Source: Bugula neritina
Taxonomy: Eukaryota; Animalia; Bryozoa
Assembly: GCA_964035545.1 (NCBI GenBank)
Contig: CAXIUT010000134.1
Location: 1-64,000 of the forward strand
DNA length: 64,000 nucleotides
Direction: 5' to 3'
This document shows, in pieces, positions 1-18,000 of the stretch. The position numbers were made by a program, and so were the translations under genes. Position 1 is the stretch's first letter. Each line of letters starts with the position of its first letter. The notes below the pieces were generated by a model. It saw only the letters and a program-made list of their open reading frames with translations. It ran no database searches and had not been told where the DNA came from.

Positions 1-3000
1 ATAGTATTAGAATATATAGTATTATAGTATTAGAATATATAGTATCATAGTATTAGAATATAGAGTATCATAGTATTAGAGTATATAGTATCATAGTATT
101 AGAGTATATAGTATCATAGTATTAGAATATAGAGTATCATAGTATTAGAATATATAGTATCATAGTATTAGAATATATAGTATCATAGTATTAGAATATA
201 TAGTATCATAGTATTAGAATATAGAGTATCATAGTATTAGAGTATATAGTATCATAGTATTAGAATATATAGTATCATAGTATTAGAATACATAGTATCA
301 TAGTATTAGAATATATAGTATCATAGTATTAGAATATAGAGTATCATAGTATTAGAATATATAGTATCATAGTATTAGAATATATAGTATCATAGTATTA
401 GAATATATAGTATCATAGTATTAGAATATAGAGTATCATAGTATTAGAGTATATAGTATCATAGTATTAGAATATATAGTATCATAGTATTAGAATATAT
501 AGTATCATAGTATTAGAGTATATAGTATCATAGTATTAGAATATAGAGTATCATAGTATTAGAATATATAGTATCATAGTATTAGAATATATAGTATCAT
601 AGTATTAGAATATATAGTATCATAGTATTAGAGTATATAGTATCATAGTATTAGAATATATAGTATCATAGTATTAGAATATATAGTATCATAGTATTAG
701 AATATAGAGTATCATAGTATTAGAGTATATAGTATCATAGTATTAGAATATATAGTATCATAGTATTAGAATATATAGTATCATAGTATTAGAATATATA
801 GTATCATAGTATTAGAGTATTTAGTATCATAGTATTAGAATATATAGTATCATAGTATTAGAATATATAGTATCATAGTATTAGAGTATATAGTATCATA
901 GTATTAGAGTATATAGTATCATAGTATTAGAGTATATAGTATCATAGTATTAGAATATAGAGTATCATAGTATTAGAATATAGAGTATCATAGTATTAGA
1001 GTATATAGTATCATAGTATTAGAATATATAGTATCATAGTATTAGAATATATAGTATCATAGTATTAGAATATATAGTATCATAGTATTAGAGTATATAG
1101 TATCATAATATTAGAATATAGAGTATCATAGTATTAGAGTATATAGTATCATAGTATTAGAGTATATAGTATCATAGTATTAGAATATATAGTACCATAG
1201 TATTAGAATATAGAGTATCATAGTATTAGAGTATATAGTATCATAGTATTAGAGTATATAGTATCATAGTATTAGAATATATAGTATCATAGTATTAGAA
1301 TATATAGTATCATAGTATAAGAATATAGAGTATCATAGTATTAGAATATATAGTATCATAGTATTAGAGTATATAGTATCATAGTATTAGAGTATATAGT
1401 ATCATAGTATTAGAGTATATAGTATCATAGTATTAGAATATATAGTATCATAGTATTAGAATATATAGTATCATAGTATTAGAATATAGAGTATCATAGT
1501 ATTAGAATATATAGTATCATAGTATTAGAATATATAGTATCATAGTATTAGAGTATATAGTATCATAGTATTAGAATATATAGTATCATAGTATTAGAAT
1601 ATAGAGTATCATAGTATTAGAATATATAGTATCAAAGTATTAGAGTATATAGTATCATAGTATTAGAATATATAGTATCATAGTATTAGAATATATAGTA
1701 TCATAGTATTAGAATATATAGTATCATAGTATTAGAATATATAGTATCATAGTATTAGAATATATAGTATCATAGTATTAGAGTATAGAGTATCATAGTA
1801 TTAGAATATAGAGTATCATAGTATTAGAATATATAGTATCATAGTATTAGAATATATAGTATCATAGTATTAGAGTATATAGTATCATAGTATTAGAATA
1901 TAGAGTATCATAGTATTAGAGTATATAGTATCATAGTATTAGAATATAGAGTATCATAGTATTAGAATATATAGTATCATAGTATTAGAATATATAGAGT
2001 ATCATAGTATTAGAATATATAGAGTATCATAGTATTAGAATATATAGTATCATAGTATTAGAATATATAGTATCATAGTATTAGAGTATATAGTATCATA
2101 GTATTAGAGTATATAGTATCATAGTATTAGAGTATATATTATCATGGTATTAGAATATATAGTATCATAGTATTAGAGTATATAGTATCATAGTATTAGA
2201 GTATAGAGTATCATAGTATTAGAGTATAGAGTATCATAGTATTAGAATATATAGTATCATAGTATTAGAGTATATAGTATCATAGTATTAGAGTATATAG
2301 TATCATAGTATTAGAATATATAGTATCATAGTATTAGAGTATATAGTATCATAGTATTAGAGTATATAGTATCATAGTATTAGAATATATAGTATCATAG
2401 TATTAGAATATAGAGTATCATAGTATTAGAATATAGAGTATCATAGTATTAGAATATATAGTATCATAGTATTAGAATATATAGTATCATAGTATTAGAG
2501 TATATAGTATCATAGTATTAGAATATATAGTATCAGAGTATTAGAATATATAGTATCATAGTATTAGAATATATAGTATCATAGTATTAGAATATATAGT
2601 ATCATACTATTAGAATATATAGTATCATAGTATTAGAGTATATAGTATCATAGTATTAGAATATATAGTATCATAGTATTAGAATATATAGTATCATAGT
2701 ATTAGAATATATAGTATCATAGTATTAGAGTATATAGTATCATAGTATTAGAATATATAGTATCATACTATTAGAATATATAGTATCATAGTATTAGAGT
2801 ATATAGTATCATAGTATTAGAATATATAGTATCATAGTATTAGAATATATAGTATCATAGTATTAGAATATATAGTATCATAGTATTAGGATATATAGTA
2901 TCATACTATTAGAATATATAGTATCATAGTATTAGAGTATATAGTATCATAGTATTAGAATATATAGTATCATAGTATTAGAGTATATAGTATCATAGTA

Positions 3001-6000
3001 TTAGAATATATAGTATCATAGTATTAGAATATATAGTATCATAGTATTAGAGTATATAGTATCATAGTATTAGAATATATAGTATCATAGTATTAGAATA
3101 TATAGTATCATAGTATTAGAATATATAGTATCATAGTATTAGAATATATAGTATCATGCTATTAGAATATATAGTATCATAGTATTAGAGTATATAGTAT
3201 CATAGTATTAGAATATATAGTATCATAGTATTAGAGTATATAGTATCATAGTATTAGAGTATATAGTATCATAGTATTAGAGTATATAGTATCATAGTAT
3301 TAGAATATATAGTATCATAGTATTAGAGTATATAGTATCATAGTATTAGAATATATAGTACCATAGTATTAGTATATATAGTATCATAGTATTAGAATAT
3401 ATAGTATCATAGTATTAGAATATATAGTATCATAGTATTAGAATATATAGTATCATACTATTAGAATATATAGTATCATAGTATTAGAGTATATAGTATC
3501 ATAGTATTAGAATATATAGTATCATAGTATTAGAATATATAGTATCATAGTATTAGAGTATATAGTATCATAGTATTAGAATATATAGTATCAGAGTATT
3601 AGAATATATAGTATCATAGTATTAGAATATATAGTATCATAGTATTAGAGTATATAGTATCATAGTATTAGAATATATAGTATCATAGTATTAGAATATA
3701 TAGTATCATAGTATTAGAATATATAGTATCATAGTATTAGAATATATAGTATCATACTATTAGAATATATAGTATCATAGTATTAGAGTATATAGTATCA
3801 TAGTATTAGAATATATAGTATCATAGTATTAGAGTATATAGTATCATAGTATTAGAGTATATAGTATCATAGTATTAGAGTATATAGTATCATAGTATTA
3901 GAATATATAGTATCATAGTATTAGAATATATAGAGTATCATAGTATTAGAATATATAGTATCATAGTATTAGAATATATAGTATCATAGTATTAGAATAT
4001 ATAGTATCATAGTATTAGAATATATAGTATCATAGTATTAGAATATATAGTATCATAGTATTAGAATATATAGTATCATACTATTATAATATATAGTATC
4101 ATAGTATTAGAGTATATAGTATCATAGTATTAGAATATATAGTATCATAGTATTAGAGTATATAGTATCATAGTATTAGAGTATATAGTATCATAGTATT
4201 AGAGTATATAGTATCATAGTATTAGAATATATAGTATCATAGTATTAGAGTATATAGTATCATAGTATTAGAATATATAGTACCATAGTATTAGTATATA
4301 TAGTATCATAGTATTAGAATATATAGTATCATAGTATTAGAATATATAGTATCATAGTATTAGAATATATAGTATCATAGTATTAGAGTATATAGTATCA
4401 TAGTATTAGAATATATAGTATCATAGTATTAGAGTATATAGTATCATAGTATTAGAATATATAGTACCATAGTATTAGAATATATAGTATCATAGTATTA
4501 GAATATAGAGTATCATAGTATTAGAATATATAGTATCATAGTATTAGAATATATAGTATCATAGTATTAGAGTATATAGTATCATAGTATTAGAATATAT
4601 AGTATCATAGTATTAGAATATATAGTATCATAGTATTAGAATATAGAGTATCATAGTATTAGGGTATATAGTATCATAGTATTAGAGTATATAGTATCAT
4701 AGTATTAGAATATATAGTATCATAGTATTAGAATATATAGTATCATAGTATTAGAATATATAGTATCATAGTATTAGAGTATATAGTATCATAGTATTAG
4801 AATATATAGTATCATAGTATTAGAATATATAGTATCATAGTATTAGAATATATAGTATCATAGTATTAGAATATATAGTATCATACTATTAGAATATATA
4901 GTATCATAGTATTAGAGTATATAGTATCATAGTATTAGAATATATAGTATCATAGTATTAGAATATATAGTATCATAGTATTAGAATATATAGTATCATA
5001 GTATTAGAATATATAGTATCATACTATTAGCATATATAGTATCATAGTATTAGAGTATATAGTATCATAGTATTAGAATATATAGTATCATAGTATTAGA
5101 GTATATAGTATCATAGTATTAGAATATATAGTATCATAGTATTAGAATATATAGTATCATAGTATTAGAATATATAGTATCATAGTATTAGAATATATAG
5201 TATCATACTATTAGAATATATAGTATCATAGTATTAGAGTATATAGTATCATAGTATTAGAATATATAGTATCATAGTATTAGAATATATAGTATCATAG
5301 TATTAGAATATATAGTATCATAGTATTAGAATATATAGTATCATACTATTAGAATATATAGTATCATAGTATTAGAGTATATAGTATCATAGTATTAGAA
5401 TATATAGTATCATAGTATTAGAATATATAGTATCATAGTATTAGAGTATATAGTATCATAGTATTAGAATATATAGTATCATAGTATTAGAATATATAGT
5501 ATCATAGTATTAGAATATATAGTATCATAGTATTAGAATATATAGTATCATAGTATTAGAATATATAGTATCATAGTATTAGAATATATAGTATCATAGT
5601 ATTAGAATATATAGTATCATACTATTAGAATATATAGTATCATAGTATTAGAGTATATAGTATCATAGTATTAGAATATATAGTATCATAGTATTAGAAT
5701 ATATAGTATCATAGTATTAGAGTATATAGTATCATAGTATTAGAATATATAGTATCATAGTATTAGAATATATAGTATCATAGTATTAGAATATATAGTA
5801 TCATAGTATTAGAATATATAGTATCATACTATTAGAATATATAGTATCATAGTATTAGAGTATATAGTATCATAGTATTAGAATATATAGTATCATAGTA
5901 TTAGAATATATAGTATCATAGTATTAGAGTATATAGTATCATAGTATTAGAATATATAGTATCATAGTATTAGAATATATAGTATCATAGTATTAGAGTA

Positions 6001-9000
6001 TATAGTATCATAGTATTAGAATATATAGTATCATAGTATTAGAATATATAGTATCATACTATTAGAATATATAGTATCATAGTATTAGAGTATATAGTAT
6101 CATAGTATTAGAATATATAGTATCATAGTATTAGAATATATAGTATCATAGTATTAGAATATATAGTATCATAGTATTAGAATATATAGTATCATACTAT
6201 TAGAATATATAGTATCATAGTATTAGAGTATATAGTATCATAGTATTAGAATATATAGTATCATAGTATTAGAATATATAGTATCATAGTATTAGAGTAT
6301 ATAGTATCATAGTATTAGAATATATAGTATCATAGTATTAGAATATATAGTATCATAGTATTAGAATATATAGTATCATAGTATTAGAGTATATAGTATC
6401 ATAGTATTAGAATATATAGTATCATAGTATTAGAATATATAGTATCATAGTATTAGAATATATAGTATCATAGTATTAGAATATATAGTATCATAGTATT
6501 AGAATATATAGTATCATAGTATTAGAATATAGAGTATCATAGTATTAGAGTATATAGAGTATCATAGTATTAGAATATATAGTATCATAGTATTAGAATA
6601 TATAGTATCATAGTATTAGAGTATATAGTATCATAGTATTAGAATATATAGTATCATAGTATTAGAATATATAGTATCATAGTATTAGAATATATAGTAT
6701 CATAGTATTAGAGTATATAGTATCATAGTAATAGAATATATAGTATCATAGTATTAGAGTATATAGTATCATAGTATTAGAGTATATAGTATCATAGTAT
6801 TAGAGTATAGAGTATCATAGTATTAGAATATATAGTATCATAGTATTAGAATATATAGTATCATAGTATTAGAATATAGAGTATCATAGTATTAGAATAT
6901 ATAGTATCATAGTATTAGAATATAGAGTATCATAGTATTAGAATATATAGTATCATAGTATTAGAATATATAGTATCATAGTATTAGAGTATATAGTATC
7001 ATAGTATTAGAGTATATAGTATCATAGTATTAGAGTATATAGTATCATAGTATTAGAATATAGAGTATCATAGTATTAGAGTATATAGTACCATAGTATT
7101 AGAATATATAGTATCATAGTATTAGAATATATAGTATCATAGTATTAGAGTATATAGTATCATAGTATTAGAATATATAGTATCACAGTATTAGAATATA
7201 TAGTATCATAGTATTAGAATATATAGTATCATAGTATTAGAATATATAGAGTATCATAGTATTAGAATATATAGAGTATCATAGTATTAGAATATATAGT
7301 ATCATAGTATTAGAGTATATAGTATCATAGTATTAGAGTATATAGTATCATAGTATTAGAATATAGAGTATCATAGTATTAGAATATATAGTATCATAGT
7401 ATTAGAATATATAGTATCATAGTGTTAGAGTATATAGTATCATAGTATTAGAATATATAGTATCATAGTATTAGAATATATAGTATCATAGTATTAGAAT
7501 ATATAGTATCATAGTATTAGAATATATAGTATCATACTATTAGAATATATAGTATCATAGTATTAGAGTATATAGTATCATAGTATTAGAATATATAGTA
7601 TCATAGTATTAGAATATATAGTATCATAGTATTAGAGTATATAGTATCATAGTATTAGAATATATAGTATCATAGTATTAGAATATTTAGTATCATAGTA
7701 TTAGAATATATAGTATCATAGTATTAGAGTATATAGTATCATAGTATTAGAATATATAGTATCATAGTATTAGAATATATAGTATCATAGTATTAGAATA
7801 TATAGTATCATAGTATTAGAATATATAGTATCATACTATTAGAATATATAGTATCATAGTATTAGAGTATATAGTATCATAGTATTAGAATATATAGTAT
7901 CATAGTATTAGAGTATATAGTATCATAGTATTAGAGTATATAGTATCATAGTATTAGAGTATATAGTATCATAGTATTAGAATATATAGTATCATAGTAT
8001 TAGAGTATATAGTATCATAGTATTAGAATATATAGTACCATAGTATTAGTATATATAGTATCATAGTATTAGAATATATAGTATCATAGTATTAGAATAT
8101 ATAGTATCATAGTATTAGAATATATAGTATCATACTATTAGAATATATAGTATCATAGTATTAGAGTATATAGTATCATAGTATTAGAATATATAGTATC
8201 ATAGTATTAGAATATATAGTATCATAGTATTAGAGTATATAGTATCATAGTATTAGAATATATAGTATCATAGTATTAGAATATATAGTATCATAGTATT
8301 AGAATATATAGTATCATAGTATTAGAGTATATAGTATCATAGTATTAGAATATATAGTATCATAGTATTAGAATATATAGTATCATAGTATTAGAATATA
8401 TAGTATCATAGTATTAGAATATATAGTATCATACTATTAGAATATATAGTATCATAGTATTAGAGTATATAGTATCATAGTATTAGAATATATAGTATCA
8501 TAGTAATAGAGTATATAGTATCATAGTATTAGAGTATATAGTATCATAGTATTAGAGTATATAGTATCATAGTATTAGAATATATAGTATCATAGTATTA
8601 GAATATATAGAGTATCATAGTATTAGAATATATAGTATCATAGTATTAGAATATATAGTATCATAGTATTAGAATATATAGTATCATAGTATTAGAATAT
8701 ATAGTATCATAGTATTAGAATATATAGTATCATAGTATTAGAATATATAGTATCATACTATTATAATATATAGTATCATAGTATTAGAGTATATAGTATC
8801 ATAGTATTAGAATATATAGTATCATAGTATTAGAGTATATAGTATCATAGTATTAGAGTATATAGTATCATAGTATTAGAGTATATAGTATCATAGTATT
8901 AGAATATATAGTATCATAGTATTAGAGTATATAGTATCATAGTATTAGAATATATAGTACCATAGTATTAGTATATATAGTATCATAGTATTAGAATATA

Positions 9001-12000
9001 TAGTATCATAGTATTAGAATATATAGTATCATAGTATTAGAATATATAGTATCATAGTATTAGAATATATAGTATCATAGTATTAGAGTATATAGTATCA
9101 TAGTATTAGAATATATAGTATCATAGTATTAGAATATATAGTATCATAGTATTAGAATATATAGTATCATAGTATTAGAATATATAGTATCATACTATTA
9201 GAATATATAGTATCATAGTATTAGAGTATATAGTATCATAGTATTAGAATATATAGTATCATAGTATTAGAGTATATAGTATCATAGTATTAGAGTATAT
9301 AGTATCATAGTATTAGAGTATATAGTATCATAGTATTAGAATATATAGTATCATAGTATTAGAATATATAGAGTATCATAGTATTAGAATATATAGTATC
9401 ATAGTATTAGAATATATAGTATCATAGTATTAGAATATATAGTATCATAGTATTAGAATATATAGTATCATAGTATTAGAATATATAGTATCATAGTATT
9501 AGAATATATAGTATCATACTATTAGAATATATAGTATCATAGTATTAGAGTATATAGTATCATAGTATTAGAATATATAGTATCATAGTATTAGAGTATA
9601 TAGTATCATAGTATTAGAGTATATAGTATCATAGTATTAGAGTATATAGTATCATAGTATTAGAATATATAGTATCATAGTATTAGAGTATATAGTATCA
9701 TAGTATTAGAATATATAGTACCATAGTATTAGTATATATAGTATCATAGTATTAGAATATATAGTATCATAGTATTAGAATATATAGTATCATAGTATTA
9801 GAATATATAGAGTATCATAGTATTAGAATATAGAGTATCATAGTATTAGAATATATAGTATCATAGTATTAGAATATATAGAGTATCATAGTATTAGAAT
9901 ATATAGAGTATCATAGTATTAGAATATATAGTATCATAGTATTAGAATATATAGTATCATAGTATTAGAGTATATAGTATCATAGTATTAGAGTATATAG
10001 TATCATAGTATTAGAGTATATATTATCATGGTATTAGAGTATATAGTATCATAGTATTAGAGTATATAGTATCATAGTATTAGAGTATAGAGTATCATAG
10101 TATTAGAGTATAGAGTATCATAGTATTAGAATATATAGTATCATAGTATTAGAGTATATAGTATAATAGTATTAGAGTATATAGTATCATAGTATTAGAA
10201 TATATAGTATCATAGTATTAGAATATATAGTATCATAGTATTAGAATATATGGTATCATAGTATTACAATATATAGTATCAAAGTATTCGAATATATAGT
10301 ATCATAGTATTAGAGTATATAGTATCATAGTATTAGAATATATAGTATCATAGTATTAGAATATATAGTATCATAGTATTAGAATATATAGTATCATAGT
10401 ATTAGAGTATATAGTATCATAGTATTAGAGTATATAGTATCATAGTATTAGAATATATAGTATCATAGTATTAGAGTATATAGTATCATAGTATTAGAAT
10501 ATATAGTATCATAGTATTAGAATATAGAGTATCATAGTATTAGAATATATAGTATCATAGTACTAGAATATAGAGTATCATAGTATTAGAATATATAGTA
10601 TCATAGTATTAGAGTATATAGTATCATAGTATTAGAATATATAGTATCATAGTATTAGAGTATATAGTATCATAGTAATAGAGTATATAGTATCATAGTA
10701 TTAGAATATATAGTATCATAGTATTAGAGTATATAGTATCATAGTATTAGAATATAGAGTATCATAGTATTAGAGTATATAGTATCATAGCATTAGAGTA
10801 TATAGGGTCATAGTATTAGAGTATAGAGTATCATAGTATTAGAGTATATAGTATCATAGTATTAGAATATATAGTATCATAGTATTAGAATATATAGTAT
10901 CATAGTATTAGAATATATAGTATCATAGTATTAGAATATATAGTATCATAGTATTAGAATATATAGTATCATAGTATTAGAATATAGAGTATCATAGTAT
11001 TAGAGTATATAGTATCATAGTATTAGAATATATAGTATCATAGTATTAGAATATATAGTATCATAGTATTAGAGTATATAGTATCATAGTATTAGAATAT
11101 ATAGTATCATAGTATTAGAATATATAGTATCATAGTATTAGAGTATATAGTATCATAGTATTAGAGTATATAGTATCATAGTATTAGAATATATAGTATC
11201 ATAGTATTAGAGTATATAGTATCATAGTATTAGAGTATATAGTATCATAGTATTAGAGTATAGAGTTTCATAGTATTAGAATATATAGTATCATAGTATT
11301 AGAATATATAGTATCATAGTATTAGAGTATATAGTATCATAGTATTAGAATATAGAGTATCATAGTATTAGAATATATAGTATCATAGTATTAGAATATA
11401 TAGTATCATAATATTAGAATATATAGTATCATAGTATTAGAATATAGAGTATCATAGTATTAGAATAATTATATAGTATCATAGTATTAGAGTATATAGT
11501 ATCATAGTATTAGAATATATAGTATCATAGTATTAGGGTATATAGTATCATAGTATTAGAATATATAGTATCATAGTATTAGAATATATAGTATCATAGT
11601 ATTAGAGTATATAGTATCATAGTATTAGAATATATAGTATCATAGTATTAGAATATAGAGTATCATAGTATTAGAATAATTATATAGTATCATAGTATTA
11701 GAATATATAGTATCATAGTATTAGAATATAGAGTATCATAGTATTAGAATATATAGTATCATAGTATTAGAATATATAGTATCATAGTATTAGAATATAT
11801 AGTATCATAGTATTAGTATATATAGTATCATAGTATTAGAATATATAGTATCATAGTATTAGAATATATAGTATCATAGTATTAGAGTATAGAGTATCAT
11901 AGTATCAGAATATATAGTATCTTAGTATTAGAGTATATAGTATCATAGTATTAGAGTATATAGCACCATAGTATTAGAATATATAGTATCATAGTATTAG

Positions 12001-15000
12001 AATATAGAGTATCATAGTATTAGAATATATAGTATTATAGTATTAGAGTATATAGTATCATAGTATTAGAATATATAGTATCATAGTATTAGAATATATA
12101 GTATCATAGTATTAGAATATATAGTATCATAGTATTAGAGTATAGAGTATCATAGTATCAGAATATATAGTATCTTAGTATCAGAGTATATAGTATCATA
12201 GTATTAGAGTATATAGTACCATAGTATTAGAATATATAGTATCATAGTATTAGAATATAGAGTATCATAGTATTAGAATATATAGTATTATAGTATTAGA
12301 GTATATAGTATCATAGTATTAGAATATATAGTATCATAGTATTAGAATATATAGTATCATAGTATTAGAATGTAGAGTATCATAGTATTAGAGTATAGAG
12401 TATCATAGTATTAGAATAATTATATAGTATCATAGTATTAGAATATATAGTATCATAGTATTAGTATATATAGTATCATAGTATTAGAATATATAGTATC
12501 ATAGTATTAGACTATATAGTATCATAGTATTAGAGTATAGAGTATCATAGTATCAGAATATATAGTATCTTAGTATTAGAGTATATAGTATCATAGTATT
12601 AGAGTATATAGTATTATAGTATTAGAATATATAGTACCATAGTATTAGAATATATAGTATCATAGTATTAGAATATAGAGTATCATAGTATTAGAATATA
12701 TAGTATCATAGTATTAGAATATAGAGTATCATAGTATTAGAATATAGAGTATCATAGTATTAGAATAATTATATAGTATCATAGTATTAGAGTATATAGT
12801 ATCATAGTATTAGAATATATAGTATCATAGTATTAGAGTATATAGTATCATAGTATTAGAATATATAGTACCATAGTATTAGAATATATAGTATCATAGT
12901 ATTAGAGTGTATAGTATCATAGTATTAGAATATATAGTATCATAGTATTAGAGTATATAGTATCATAGTATTAGAGTATATAGTATCATAGTATTAGAAT
13001 ATATAGTATCATAGTATTACAATATAGAGTATCATAGTATTAGAATATATAGTATCATAGTATTAGAATATATAGTATCATAGTATTAAAATATATAGTA
13101 TCATAGTATTAGAGTATATAGTATCATAGTATTAGAATATATAGTATCATAGTATTAGAATATATAGTATCATAGTATTAGAATATATAGTATCATAGTA
13201 TTAGAATATATAGTATCATACTATTAGAATATATAGTATCATAGTATTAGAGTATATAGTATTATAGTATTAGAATATATAGTATCATAGTATTAGAATA
13301 TATAGTATCATAGTATTAGAATATATAGTATCATAGTATTAGAATATATAGTATCATACTATTAGAATATATAGTATCATAGTATTGGAGTATATAGTAT
13401 CATAGTATTAGAATATATAGTATCATAGTATTAGAATATATAGTATCATAGTATTAGTATATATAGTATCATACTATTAGAATATATAGTATCATAGTAT
13501 TAGAGTATATAGTATCATAGTATTAGAATATATAGTATCATAGTATTAAAATATATAGTATCATAGTATTAGAATATATAGTATCATAGTATTAGAATAT
13601 ATAGTATCATACTATTAGAATATATAGTATCGTAGTATTAGAGTATATAGTATCATAGTATTAGAATATATAGTATCATAGTATTAGAATATATAGTATC
13701 ATAGTATTAGTATATATAGTATCATAGTATTAGAATATAGAGTATCATAGTATTAGAATATATAGTATCATAGTATTAGAATATATAGTATCATAGTATT
13801 AGAATATATAGTATCATAGTATTAGAATATATAGTATCATACTATTAGAATATATAGTATCATAGTATTAGAGTATATAGTATCATAGTATTAGAATATA
13901 TAGTATCATAGTATTAGAATATATAGTATCATAGTATTAGAATATATAGTATCATAGTATTAGAGTATATAGTATCATAGTATTAGAATATATAGTATCA
14001 TAGTATTAGAATATATAGTATCATTGTATTAGAATATATAGTATCATAGTATTAGAATATATAGTATCATACTATTAGAATATATAGTATCATAGTATTA
14101 GAGTATATAGTATCATAGTATTAGAATATATAGTATCATAGTATTAGAATATATAGTATCATAGTATTAGAATATATAGTATCATAGTATTAGGATATAT
14201 AGTATCATACTATTAGAATATATAGTATCATAGTATTAGAGTATATAGTATCATAGTATTAGAATATATAGTATCATAGTATTAGAGTATATAGTATCAT
14301 AGTATTAGAATATATAGTATCATAGTATTAGAATATATAGTATCATAGTATTAGAGTATATAGTATCATAGTATTAGAATATATAGTACCATAGTATTAG
14401 AATATATAGTATCATAGTATTAGAATATATAGTATCATAGTATTAGAATATATAGTATCATAGTATTAGAGTATATAGTATCATAGTATTAGAATATATA
14501 GTATCATAGTATTAGAATATATAGTATCATAGTATTAGAATATATAGTATCATAGTATTAGAATATATAGTATCATAGTATTAGAATATAGAGTATCATA
14601 GTATTAGAGTATATAGTATCATAGTATTAGAGTATATAGTATCATAGTATTAGAATATATAGTATCATAGTATTAGAATATATAGTATCATAGTATTAGA
14701 ATATATAGTATCATAGTATTAGAGTATATAGTATCATAGTATTAGAGTATATAGTATCATAGTAATAGAGTATATAGTATCATAGTATTAGAATATATAG
14801 TATCATAGTATTAGAGTATATAGTATCATAGTATTAGAATATAGAGTATCATAGTATTAGAGTATATAGTATCATAGCATTAGAGTATATAGGGTCATAG
14901 TATTAGGGTATAGAGTATCATAGTATTAGAGTATATAGTATCATAGTATTAGAATATATAGTATCATAGTATTAGAATATATAGTATCATAGTATTAGAA

Positions 15001-18000
15001 TATATAGTATCATAGTATTAGAATATATAGTATCATAGTATTAGAATATATAGTATCATAGTATTAGAATATAGAGTATCATAGTATTAGAGTATATAGT
15101 ATCATAGTATTAGAATATATAGTATCATAGTATTAGAATATATAGTATCATAGTATTAGAGTATATAGTATCATAGTATTAGAATATATAGTATCATAGT
15201 ATTAGAATATATAGTATCATAGTATTAGAGTATATAGTATCATAGTATTAGAGTATATAGTATCATAGTATTAGAATATATAGTATCATAGTATTAGAGT
15301 ATATAGTATCATAGTATTAGAGTATATAGTATCATAGTATTAGAGTATAGAGTTTCATAGTATCAGAATATATAGTATCATAGTATTAGAATATATAGTA
15401 TCATAGTATTAGAGTATATAGTATCATAGTATTAGAATATAGAGTATCATAGTATTAGAATATATAGTATCATAGTATTAGAATATATAGTATCATAATA
15501 TTAGAATATATAGTATCATAGTATTAGAATATAGAGTATCATAGTATTAGAATAATTATATAGTATCATAGTATTAGAGTATATAGTATCATAGTATTAG
15601 AATATATAGTATCATAGTATTAGGGTATATAGTATCATAGTATTAGAATATATAGTATCATAGTATTAGAATATATAGTATCATAGTATTAGAGTATATA
15701 GTATCATAGTATTAGAATATATAGTATCATAGTATTAGAATATAGAGTATCATAGTATTAGAATAATTATATAGTATCATAGTATTAGAATATATAGTAT
15801 CAAAGTATTAGAATATAGAGTATCATAGTATTAGAATATATAGTATCATAGTATTAGAATATATAGTATCATAGTATTAGAATATATAGTATCATAGTAT
15901 TAGTATATATAGTATCATAGTATTAGAATATATAGTATCATAGTATTAGAATATATAGTATCATAGTATTAGAGTATAGAGTATCATAGTATCAGAATAT
16001 ATAGTATCTTAGTATTAGAGTATATAGTATCATAGTATTAGAGTATATAGCACCATAGTATTAGAATATATAGTATCATAGTATTAGAATATAGAGTATC
16101 ATAGTATTAGAATATATAGTATCATAGTATTAGAATATATAGTATCATAGTATTAGAGTATAGAGTATCATAGTATCAGAATATATAGTATCTTAGTATT
16201 AGAGTATATAGTATCATAGTATTAGAGTATATAGCACCATAGTATTAGAATATATAGTATCATAGTATTAGAATATAGAGTATCATAGTATTAGAATATA
16301 TAGTATTATAGTATTAGAGTATAGAGTATCATAGTATTAGAGTATATAGTATCATAGTATTAGAGTATATAGTATCATAGTATTAGAGTATAGAGTTTCA
16401 TAGTATCAGAATATATAGTATCATAGTATTAGAATATATAGTATCATAGTATTAGAGTATATAGTATCATAGTATTAGAATATAGAGTATCATAGTATTA
16501 GAATATATAGTATCATAGTATTAGAATATATAGTATCATAATATTAGAATATATAGTATCATAGTATTAGAATATAGAGTATCATAGTATTAGAATAATT
16601 ATATAGTATCATAGTATTAGAGTATATAGTATCATAGTATTAGAGTATATAGTATCATAGTATTAGAGTATATAGTATCATAGTATTAGAGTATATAGTA
16701 TCATAGTATTAGAATATATAGTATCATAGTATTAGAATATATAGTATCATAGTATTAGAATATATAGTATCATAGTATTAGAATATATAGTATCATAGTA
16801 TTAGAATACATAGTATCATAGTATTAGAGTATAGAGTATCATAGTATCAGAATATATAGTATCTTAGTATTAGAGTATATAGTATCATAGTATTAGAGTA
16901 TATAGTACCATAGTATTAGAATATATAGTATCATAGTATTAGAATATAGAGTATCATAGTATTAGAATATATAGTATTATAGTATTAGAGTATATAGTAT
17001 CATAGTATTAGAATATATAGTATCATAGTATTAGAATATATAGTATCATAGTATTAGAATATAGAGTATCATAGTATTAGAGTATAGAGTATCATAGTAT
17101 TAGAATAATTATATAGTATCATAGTATTAGAATATATAGTATCATAGTATTAGTATATATAGTATCATAGTATTAGAATATATAGTATCATAGTATTAGA
17201 ATATATAGTATCATAGTATTAGAGTATAGAGTATCATAGTATCAGAATATATAGTATCTTAGTATTAGAGTATATAGTATCATAGTATTAGAGTATATAG
17301 TATTATAGTATTAGAATATATAGTACCATAGTATTAGAATATATAGTATCATAGTATTAGAATATAGAGTATCATAGTATTAGAATATATAGTATCATAG
17401 TATTAGAATATAGAGTATCATAGTATTAGAATATAGAGTATCATAGTATTAGAATAATTATATAGTATCATAGTATTAGAGTATATAGTATCATAGTATT
17501 AGAATATATAGTATCATAGTATTAGAGTATATAGTATCATAGTATTAGAATATATAGTACCATAGTATTAGAATATATAGTGTCATAGTATTAGAGTATA
17601 TAGTATCATAGTATTAGAATATATAGTATCATAGTATTAGAGTATATAGTATCATAGTATTAGAGTATATAGTATCATAGTATTAGAATATATAGTATCA
17701 TAGTATTACAATATAGAGTATCATAGTATTAGAATATATAGTATCATAGTATTAGAATATATAGTATCATAGTATTAGAATATATAGTATCATAGTATTA
17801 GAGTATATAGTATCATAGTATTAGAATATATAGTATCATAGTATTAGAATATATAGTATCATAGTATTAGAATATATAGTATCATAGTATTAGAATATAT
17901 AGTATCATACTATTAGAATATATAGTATCATAGTATTAGAGTATATAGTATCATAGTATTAGAATATATAGTATCATAGTATTAGAATATATAGTATCAT

